Shown here: one piece after another, positions 37,701 through 49,700 of the stretch
Layout: every line of letters begins with the position of its first letter
Position numbering within the stretch: position 1 is the first letter of the stretch
Virus record (IMG/VR): IMGVR_UViG_3300021375_000031
Location: 1 to 57,275 of that record
Reading direction: 5' to 3' (one strand)
DNA: 57,275 nucleotides
From: a virus
Lineage: Duplodnaviria > Caudoviricetes
Made by a program: the position numbers and the translations under genes
The notes under the pieces: generated by a model
What the model was told of the DNA's origin: nothing
Database searches by the model: none
Seen by the model: only the letters and a program-made list of their open reading frames with translations

Positions 37701-40700
37701 ACCTGAATATTGCGGCAGGCAGATATCAGCCAAAACAGAAATTTAAAATTGAAGTTGCAAACAATACAACAATAGATAATATTGTTACTTCGATTGATAA
37801 CACAATAGTTAACCAGTCTTACTATTCATATATGGATAGTTCAAGACACACAGTACCATCTAACGTTACATTATACACTAATTATGTAAGCAATGATTCG
37901 TTTACAATTAAACGTACATTTAATAACCTTGCACAAAACTTAACCACTAGTGGTGGTAATTATGATTATATTAGTGCTTATATAGATGGCACAAAGATTA
38001 CAAATGATGCAGACTACACTAGACTCACAGTAAGTAATGCTAGTGGTTTAGCAGAATTAGTATTTTCAAATATTAGTACATTGGTAAATTATACAACTTC
38101 ATCTCAGGTGATAATTGTAGAAGAAGCAAGTATTACATTTGATACGTCTTTAACAACAGATGTTCCTGGTAGTAATGTAGAAGTAAAAGTCGAATCTGAC
38201 GACAGGTTAGTGGCAGTACCAGGCACGACCAGAACCTATGCCATTAGCAAAGACGATCCAAATGATAATGTAGTTACTATAGATATTGACGACAAAAATA
38301 GATTTGTAAAACGACCAACAACTGAAGACCTAAATGTTAAGTTATATCCTGCAAGTAAATTTAACAAAGACAGCACACTAATTAAGAACAGTGGATTTGT
38401 ACATAAGGATAATGTAAGCATTCAGGTATTCGATATTAACCACTTTGACCAAGAAGTAAGTGCTAATACAAAAATTGTGTTGAGAGGCAATGATGTTGTA
38501 CATATGGCTAAAGGCGAACACGAAAACTTTGATGTTTATCAGTTAAGAAGTTTGAAAAACGAAACAGGGTTTAATAACTTTTATATAAATCAAGTAACAG
38601 AAGGAACAAGTAAATTGTTCAGTCCTGTGAGTTTACAAGATTTTAATGATAGTAATGTTATCAACGATCCTGAAAATAAAACTTTTTATGATAATACATT
38701 GTATATTAAAAACAGTCAATTGCCTAATGCAGTTGTAAAATATACAAACGAACAATTAGTACTAGATAATAAATCTATTTACAGAGGAACTTATAATCCA
38801 CCGCCAACCACACAAGGCTTGGTAACTAGAATTAAACCAAATAAAACTGCAAACGTTGTTGGTGTATATCCAGATATAACAAGTGAATTTAAACTTGTTA
38901 GTTTAAGACTAAACAATATTAATGGAGATGCAACTATTGCCAGTAATGTAGCCATAGCGGCAAACGTAGACGGACAAAATAATGTAGCAATTGGCATAAA
39001 CAAAATTGACGGTGTTCAAGATACAAGTTTAATTAGATTCTATGGAGATGACTTAGCGGCAACAGGTATATCAAATGGTGCTACAAAAGTGTACTCAGTA
39101 CAAAGTGTAGTTTATGACAAAGACAGTTTTACAATTTTAGAACCTAATGCAAGTGTACTAGTAGGTCAAGTAACAAGTTTAGGAAATATTAATATTAGAA
39201 GTACTGAAACTGTAACTGCAACTTCTAGTTTAGTAGCAGGAACATACCCAGTTAGCCTTACACAAATATCATCAGATGGTGCTGGTACAGGATTAAGTGC
39301 AAGTGTTGTAGTTGGTGGAGCAAGTAGTGTTACTTCTATCACAGTAACTACAGCAGGTCAGAATTATTTGTTTGATGAAGAAATTAAAATACCAGAAACT
39401 GCTTTAGGTGGTAGTGATGCAAACATATTTGTATTTGCAAATATTACAGGCACAAAAGATAACTCCACAGTGATACGAGATCAAGCAAATGTATATGCTG
39501 TTATAAGTAACCCGATACAAGGAGGCAGTAATGCTCAACCAACAGGATTTAGTTTTAGTAATAAAAGAGTTAAATTCTTAGTAGATGAAATAGATGACTT
39601 TGCCAATAGTGCAGATGTGAATGTTTCACAGGGCAAAAACGATACTTCGATGAGTATGGTAGACGCATACGGCGACTACACAATAGCAGATGTAAATGCA
39701 GTTGCAAAAACATTTAGTGTAACATCAAATAATATTAGATTTAAAGACGTTAGTGTATCCAGAGCAATAACAAACAGCAAGTTAGTAAGTATTACTGCTA
39801 ATGGAGATGGCACAGGTAATGCTGAAATGACATTGAATACTGTGATGCCAACAAATACATTTATCAAGTTAGACAGTGGCAAATCAAACGCAACCTACCC
39901 AGTTTGGAAAAACACCAATAACAATAAGAAACTGCATTTTTATGATAACAATTTTGTTACCACAGTAAGTGGAAATACTGCATTTTATAAAGGTGAAGTA
40001 ACAACACAATATGCTATAGTAAATTCATATGATGCAGGTAATAACAAGTTTATTTTAGCAAACGTTAGTACTACTGCTTTAGGTACATCATACGCAAATG
40101 CAGAATTTGTACACGCAGACATAGTAAACGGAAAAGGCGAATGCGGAGACATAGTTGGTTTAACAGGGAAAAGAAAATCACTAACTATAGAAAGTGCTTC
40201 GACAATGAGTTTGCCAGATTCAAGTGCTGTAGACATTACACCATCATTTAGTGTAAATGCAGTAAACGATACAACAGTATCTGCAAACAGCAACGTAACA
40301 GTTTTATATTTCCCTCAAAACGATGCACAAAACACAGTGGATCAATTAATAGACGACTTTGCAACTACTCAGCAAAAAACAGCAGAAATAGAAGCAGTTC
40401 CATATAGTCAAGCATATATGACAACTGCTAATACTGAAAATCCTAGTGTAGAATTACTACTAGATGGACAGGCAGGAAAACTAACATCTATTGATGATAT
40501 TGTGTTAGGGTTTAACATCAAATACTTAGATGAAGAAACAGACAAAGCATTTAAAGAAGAATTAAAAGAAGCAACAGGCGAGCAAACTAGAAGAATTATA
40601 GAAAACTATTATATAAACAAAGCCAAAGACATAGACCAACCTTCATTAGAAAACTTAACAATTAGTTTACAAAAAGTAGGCGGCAACGATGTAGGCTACC

Positions 40701-43700
40701 ACTTAATCAAAGATGGCTCACCGATTAAGGTTAACAGCGAAAGCAACAAACAAGTTATTGCTGGATTACAAAAAAGTGCAACAGACGGACTTGTATTTGA
40801 TGAAATGGGAGTAGGCGGATACAAACTAAGTCCTACAGCACCAACTGAAAAAGAAATTAAACTTTCATTTAGTGATGACTACAAAGAACCTAAAACTTCT
40901 AACAGCGACTTACTAGAATATGTGGATACTGTTCCTAGAATAAATCCTACAGTTTCTACTTCAATAGTTGATAGATTTAAATTAAAAGATATTGCAACTA
41001 CTACACAGAGTGGTGCAGTAAACAGATTAGGTGTTGCTAATGATATTAAATTAACAGAACTTGTTAGAAGAGTCAAAAACGGTAACAGAGGATTTGATGG
41101 GCAGTTTGTTGTTAAGTTTGAATTTAAAAACGGTGACAGTTTTACATATGATCCATTAAGTAATGAGTTCTCAGGATATAGAAATGCTATTGTAAGAATT
41201 AATCACGTAAAAGTTAATTACTCTGTAACAAGCAATGATCCTGGACTAGTAAACGATGTAAGAGTTTCATTATATGATCCTTCAGGAAATATTAGTATAC
41301 CTAATACACGAGTTAAAGAAGCATTTGCTAGTGGGATAATAATTGAAGATTCAATCCCTGCAGACGACGTCACAGGCAATCTTAAAGCAGTTATATGGAG
41401 TAAAGACTCTGAAACAGGAGACTTTATATTTGCTAGTTCGTTTAGTGAAAGAGCATTTAGACCTAGTGAAGCAGATAAGGGTGTAACAGTTGGTAAACTA
41501 GTTTCTAGTGATTCTACAGCAGTTGACATTTATAATAACTTCCACACCGCAGTTGTATTGAATAACAACAGAGCACACAATATAGAATCTATGGCATTAA
41601 GGATTAAAAATCCTACATCATACGATCCTTTCAAAATATTTGGTGCAGATTTAACTCCAAGCAGTTTAAAATACTTAGCAGTTAGAAACAGCAAATACAC
41701 TATAGAAAATGCTGTGATGCCAAAACTAAAACTTAAAACACAAAGTATTACAGATGACGTGTTTATGTTTGGTGATGCTAAAGGTATAAACAATGGCGAC
41801 AAAGTAAACTTTGATGATTTACTGTTTAGTGGTGCAAGTCCATTTGATACCTCAGGCGGATTTACAATATCAGATTTAGAAAGCGACAAGTTTACAATAA
41901 GCGGTATAACAACTACAGCATTTGCAGACTATTACGCAACAAGTTTAACATCTTTGAATATGCTTGTCAAGAACAGCAACAGCAAAGCATTCTTAATTAA
42001 CCATAATAATCACAACTTACAAAATGGCGACATTGTTGTGATGAATGACACATCAGGTACAAGTGCATTTAGTAATGTTAAGTTTAAAATTAACAATGTA
42101 ACAAGTAAAGACACTTACTTTGTTGGATTAAATGGAACAACACCGCCTACAAGTAACATTGCAGGACTTAAAGCATTTACCACAACACCACAAATGATGT
42201 TTGGTACAGTTAAAGCAAATTTAGAATCATTAGTAGTATACAGTAATAATCATAAAATGCTTAGTGGTATGACATTTACTGCTTACGCAGATAGTCCAGA
42301 TCCAGCATCACTGAATGGACAAACATTAACAGTTAATGAAGCATACTCACAAGATGCTTTCTCAGTTAAAGTTGCAAATATTAGTGCAGTTACAAATAAC
42401 TCTGCAAACTTAACTTATGTTTCAGATGGTACAAAATTAGTATGTAGTTACTTAGGTAGAAACTTACCAGTACACGACCAAGAATTTATGGTATACGATC
42501 CGTTAAACGAATTAGGGTTAGACGGAGAAATGTTAACGGCAAATGTTTATTATTCAGATACAGAAGATACAACTGCTGTTGAAGGAGATGTATCATTTGA
42601 TTTAGCAACACCAATTGCAAGAACAATTAATGCTAATACATTAATACTTAAACATTATGAAGATAGTGTATTGCACGTTCCAAGTCACGGTATGTTCCAG
42701 CATACTGTTAGCATTCCAGTTTTATCAACTGGCACACCAGATGCAAACAATAATGTTTCTATAACAGTAAATGACCTAACTTATTTTGAAGTTGGTAGTA
42801 CTGTATTATTCGATGATGCAAATGTTGACCATCCATTAAGTTCTAACAGTTACGATATTATAGACATTAATGAATCAAACAATACTTTTATAATTGTTGA
42901 TGCTACAGGAACTGCTACTGCTACTGCAAACATATTTAGAGTAGAAACAGATGCTTATATTACTAACTCAGAAAGAGTTATACAAATTGGTGATACAAGT
43001 TTATATGACGGATTTGCAAATCCAAAAATTGTAACGAAAGATACAATGAGTATTAAAGGCAGATTTAAAGGCACAGCAACAGGGTACATTACTAATGATG
43101 CAATGACAGTATTTGTAAACGGTGATGTAAATGAATTAAACGGTGACGCATTAGTTATATCAGATTGTCCACAGAATTATTACAACAGAGTTTATCCTGT
43201 ATTAAGCAGTTATACAGAAGACCAAAGTGCAAATATATTTGTTGTGAGAGGGTTTGCTCAAAACAATTTGACATTGGAATTAGCAAATACGCAAACTAGA
43301 TATACTAACACTAACAAAAATAGAATTACAGTAAACGGCACATCAATTAACTTGGCTAATACAGATTCAATGACAAACTTTGTGAAAAGTTTTAACCAAT
43401 CAGTTATAGACAGAGAAGGTGCTATTGTTGATAGTGAAGACGGATTACAAGTTGCATTCTTATATGGTAGAAGAAATCAAGAATTTGATAACAGCAACAG
43501 CAAGTATGTAAATGCTCCAGTTGATACATCAGGATTAAAAGTACAAGTAGATGTAAATGCTAATCCTAATATGAATCCTGGAGGGGACGATGTACTGAGT
43601 GCAAATAGATACTTGCCACTAGACAGTCAAATTATAAATGCAAAAGGCCCAGCAAGTAAAATTGGTATGCCAATGCTGGACTTAGATAGATTAGAAGGTG

Positions 43701-46700
43701 CATTTAAATCACAACGTAAGGCGTACAAGAACAAAAAACGTATACCTACAGAAAGAATTTCCAGCAATGCTTTAGATAACAATGCTAAAAACAGTATGGT
43801 GCTTAAAGAACACGACAAGTGGGTTAACGGCTATGTACAAAATTCAGATGTAACAGAAAACCCAGATGCAAGACAACCATTATCATTCAAGATTAAAACA
43901 TACAACAAAGTAGCAAAACAAGATTACTTTATTGACGATACTGAAACAAGTAACGAGTATGCAAGTAGTCCGATTAAGTTTGGTGGTGATGCTGGAAACA
44001 ATAAAGCAATGCAGAGGTTCGGACAATCTAATGGTTGGTATGATTGGGAAAATCATACATATATGCAATACAACGGACACGGAGAGCCAGGCTTTTTTGG
44101 TGTGGGAGATAATGAATACAGAGGCGGTGGCGGCGGCGGCAATGGCGGCGGTGGCGGCAGAAACGGCACAGGTAACAATGGTAACGGAAATACAGGCGGT
44201 AACAACGGAGCAAATAATGGTGCAGGCACAGTTGCAGGTAACGAAGTAGATGTAACAGTTAATCAACAATATGTTGTAGAACTTGCAGGTAACTTATGTA
44301 CACAGTCCGGAGAGATATTAGAATTCAGCGATGGTACGCAAGTAACATTAGGTGAAGGATGTGATCCAGAACAATTGGCGGCATTATTGGCTTCTCAGAA
44401 TCCTAACTACACTTATATTACTACAAACACAACACCTCAAGAACCTTGTGTTGAAACACCAGCACAAGCAATGGGACACGCGAAAGTAGATGCAAGATTT
44501 AAAGATGCGTTAAAACGTTACGGTGGCGATAATCAAAGAGGTGCAAGTAGACCTACATACAGAGCCGATGTAAAAGACTTTGGTGTTATTACAAGTAAAG
44601 CCGCAAGTAGGCATAGTTGGAATGAGTGGGACGTTAGAAATTTTGTTGAAACAGTTAAGAATATTGCAAATGCAGAAGGCATTGATATTAATAGATTCCC
44701 AACAAGTTATGGAAAAGACAAGTACTTCTCAACAGGAAAAGGCGGAGTATGGATTGAGTGGGAAGGAACTCATAGAAGTGAAATACAGATTTTAGGCTCA
44801 TCAGGACTTTGGAAAAGAAAAGGAACAATGGGATATAAAGGAATTAGTAAGTCCAGAGGATATATGTTCTTTAGAAATCCAAGAGGTATGTTAAATGACC
44901 AAGACTTTGCTGGTGCTGTAATGGGTTGGAAGATTCACCAAAAGTCATACAATGTAGGGTATAACAAATATACATTATACATTGGTGGTGCTGGACAACC
45001 TGTAGTAAGTATTCCTTTATTTAAATCCAACTACTTCCAGAGTGGAGGTGGTGACGGTAGTTCATATATGCGTAGATTTGTACGTGAAAGATTTGATGCA
45101 GGTACAGGAACATATATAGTAAGTGTTTCAGGTTCACAAGCACCAGGCTTTAGACAAAATAGTATAATACACGAATATCCAAGAGCAACAAAAACAAACA
45201 ACTGTCCTCCACCACAAGAACCAGGTGCAGGAGGCAACAACGGATTACAACAAGTTGGTGCAAGAAATATAAACAGCAGTATAAAAATTAAGAGTGACTT
45301 ACCATTTAGTTTAGCAAAAGGTTGTGCTTTTGGTAGCATAAGCGAATGTGCTGAATTTTATCCAGTACAAGAAAGAAACTTAACAACTAACTTTGATCCG
45401 CAACAAGCAAAAACAGAATTCCAAAAACTGCAAACACAAGGCTTCTATGATAAAACTTTAGAAATAAGTGCAGACAGTGAAGATCCTAGACCAGAAGCAG
45501 GATATGGCGGATTTACTTTCCCAACTAAGTTAGGATTACCTAGTGTATTTCCAGACTTCGTTGCAGGTGGTAGATTAATTTCACCTAGGGAAATAACAAA
45601 CACTAAACATAAATTTATTAATGGTAGATTTGTAGGTAGCACTAACAAAAGAGACAGCAGATTTGTAATGTTAGAACCACCAGAAATACCAACAGGAAAT
45701 TTATCAGACGGTAGTGGTTTTGGTTACAGAGTTGGAGACCAAGTTGTTGCAACAGGAGGTAGACCTAAGAGTGTACAAGATGATGACTATATGTTCCAAA
45801 GTGTAGACTTAAATGAATCTATACCTTTAAGAAGTATTGCATTGTCACAAGACTTAGTTGACTTACCAATTGACCAATTAAAACGTAGACTAACATTTGA
45901 AGTAGTTGATGAAAACAGCAATCCAATTCCAGGTGTTGCTATTAAGCCAACATTTAATTCTGTACACAATGCAGAAGATTTTGAAGAAGCACAACACGAT
46001 AAAACAATGATTAGTCCAAACGGTGTTGCTGTTATGAATTACAGAGATTACATTTATGCTGGAGGAGACACTTCAGCAGATTGGGACTCACCTGCGTATG
46101 CTGGAGTTAGAGAGCAATACAGAAACTTAGGATTAAGTGACATTGCTTCTGCAAACTTTAGATTAGATGTAGGCGAAGGAAATGCAACCACAATGACCAT
46201 TGATAATATCAGTGGACAAAGTAAAAATTACGAAGTGTTTATAGGTAATGCAGATTTACAATCATCATACTGTATGATTGGTAAAGTAGGTTACGGTCAT
46301 TTATTTGATGATGGCTCAGAAGCAAGTCAAAGTGCTAGAATGAAAAGTTTCGATTCTGCTTACTTAGAAACATATGATGGAAATACTATTGCTGTATGGG
46401 ACACACAAGGTCAACCAGCATTAGAAACATTGCTACAAAATACTCCAAAAGGTGCGGAAGGTATTTGGAAAATGGTAGGAGACTACAGCAATAATCCAGA
46501 CTTAGATAAAAAAGAACATTTATTAACAGTAGCAATGATTAACTGGAACTCGCGTTACGTTCAGTTCTTAGGATTCAAAGACCACAGAGCATACTTTAAA
46601 ATGCTTACAATTGGTACAGTTATTCCTACAAGCGAAGCAAGAAACGGATGGTATGAGTATGATGTTAAAAACTTATATGATCCTAAAAACAAATCATTTA

Positions 46701-49700
46701 GAAAAGTTACTTCAAGATTCTACGCAATGCCTTTAGGCTCATCAACAGACGGTGCTAATCAAGGACATAAGAAATATAGCCACACATCAAACAGTGGCGG
46801 CGTAGTAACTCTAGATAAGATTAGAACATTTACTGAAACTGCAAGAACAACTCACTTAGAAAATATAAATGCAAATCCAACAGCAAGTACATATGATGCT
46901 GAGACAGGTGTAACAACAGTAGATCCTTCAAGTGATAATTCATTTACAATTAACAACACTATTAGAACTATGCACCTTACAATAAGTGCAGGAACAGATG
47001 TAAGTAGAGATTCAGAACAGTTAGACGTTATGTTTATTGAAAATGACAACTACCTTAACGTATTAAGAATACCAGTTACTGTACACAAAGCAACAGCAGA
47101 AAAAACAGCAAAACAAATTGCAGACGATTACAACAAAATAGGTTTAAAACAATATTTAACAATATTCAACAAAGGTACAGGTACAAAAATTGGTGAAAGT
47201 AAAGCAGTTGTATATACATTTAGCACTAGCCACATACCAGATGGTGCAAAAATTACAGATGTTAAACTAAACATTCAATGGAAATCAAAAGATCCTTCAG
47301 AATGGGGTATGGTTTGGTTACAAGCACCAGATGGAACAAGGTTACCAGTACTACAGCCACTAGGAGAAGGTGCTATAGATTCAACTGGAACAACTACAGG
47401 TATGTTTGGCTCAGATCACCAGGGTGGGATATTCAAAGGATACGAAATTACTGAAAGAAGTGCAGGCAAATACCATAACTTTACTATATCAGGCGGTGTT
47501 GCTGACAACAATGTATTTAAACCTACAGCAGAAACGTTCCCAGTAGACGGAAGAAACATAAGTCCAATACAAGGCAAGCATAAACGTTACTATAGAGCAA
47601 AAGATAGACACGGATTTATAGGAACTGTGGATTATGACAGACCAAATACTGTGGCAAATACTATTTGGCAGGCAGAAAACATTATTAGAGAGTATATCAG
47701 ACAGTATGATAAAAATGCTAAAGGTGAATGGAGAGTAGAAATTACCAGACCAGGCAGAAATTGGGACGATTGGAAATACGAACAACCAATTACTAAAAGA
47801 GATGCCGCAGGCAATGAAACTTTTGAGTATGGTCCAGAAGATGTAAACGAAATATTTGCACCAAGACTTAAAGTTAGTTATGCAGTATTTGGAGAAGGCG
47901 AAGCACCAACAAGTGTTGCTAATTCAGACGAAGCAATCACAGGATTAGAAATTACTAACCAAGGAATTTACACACAATCAGAAATACAAACATTCGGAGC
48001 AATGAGTGTTAGAAGTACAGGTGTTATGGTTCCCGGTAGTATGTTAAGTGGTGCTAGAGTAAGAATAGAAAAAGGTAATGAACTAGATAAGTCTGTGAGA
48101 AACAGAACTGCTAAATTTGTGGTTACTGGTGTAAACAGTTTGGGTAGCATTACAAAATTAAGAATTACAGACAGAGGTACATATATTAACTTCCCACCAG
48201 AAATGGAAAGAGGTGTATCTCTAAAATATGATGATGACTTTGCAAAAGGATTAGCAGGAACTAGACCAGAAGGTTTAGGATATGGCGGTAGAGTTGCAAT
48301 GACAAGTAGAAGTAAGATAAATTGTCAAAACAATCCTCCGATATTCCCAGCACCTGGAGACAATATCGGAACACTTGAACCTATTGCAGATGCAATAGCA
48401 GACGGAATTAATGGAGCCTCTAGAGGTAATGCAGGCATACAAGCATTTAGTTATGATGTTAACCCTAGTGTTAGTGTGTTAAACATTGTTACTCCTGATG
48501 ATGGTATGGAGTTTGTTGCATTAAACGGAGGATTTAATCCGTGGAATTTCCCAGAAGGCGAAATAGATCCAGACTTAGTAGGTGTTAGAGCATTAGATGA
48601 CTTCAACAATAGTATAGATGATGTAAACAACTTATCACAATTTGGTAATTTGATTGATCCTACAACAGGTTTATCAATAGAAAGATTAAGAGAGTTAGGA
48701 ATATTAGATGATGACGATGGATCTGATAACGGTAAAGACGGGTTTACATTAATAAATGTAACAGATGCCCCTACAATAACAGGATTAGAACAAGTTACAA
48801 CAACTAATATGTACTCATATGACTTGTATACATTAGATAATACATCAGTTGACGTTACAGGAACCACAGCAAATCTAGATCCAATGTACTTTAAGAGTGT
48901 ATTATTTAAAGATGATATCGTTATGGACAGAAATAATGCAAATGTTTGGGTAACTAACTTCCAAAACGCAGGTAGTGTTTACTATGAAAACGGCAATATT
49001 GCATTTAGAGAGAATGACTTAGTAGAAAGTAAGAGAATGGAAAAGGCTGTTATATACGATTTAGATGATAACACCACAATTAAAGAATTAGAATACATCG
49101 ATCCGTTTAAAGATGCAATATCAAGCCAAGCAAAAATTAACTTGACATATATTACAGAATCAGATCCAGTTGTTTATCAAAACAACGGTTCAAACTTCAC
49201 CAACAATAACACTGGTGAACTATGGTGGGACACTTCAACTTGTAGAAGTTTATGGTATGAGCAAGGCAATGTAACATACAGAAGTAGAAATTGGGGTAAA
49301 TGGCATCCAGGTAGTAGTTTTGATGTGTACGAATGGACAAGAAGTCCTTTCTCACCAAGTGATTATGTGAGAAACGGAGGAGACGGTACTCCTAGAAACA
49401 ACACAGACTTCTTATTAGTTAAAGAATTTAATTTAAGCAATAACGCATATCAAAACGTTTATTACTATTGGGTAAAAGATGTAAAAACTGTGCCTGCTTT
49501 AGATGATAGAACAATGAGTGCTAGAAGTGTAGCATTACAAATTGAAGATCCAATTAGTTTAGGACTTCCGTTCTATGCACCAGTTAGCAATACAACTATT
49601 ATGGTACAGAACACAAAACGTTTTATTAAAGACGATAAAGTTGCTTTCCAAATGAATTACTCTGTAAAAGATACAAAGTATGACAAAAAACATACAGAAT

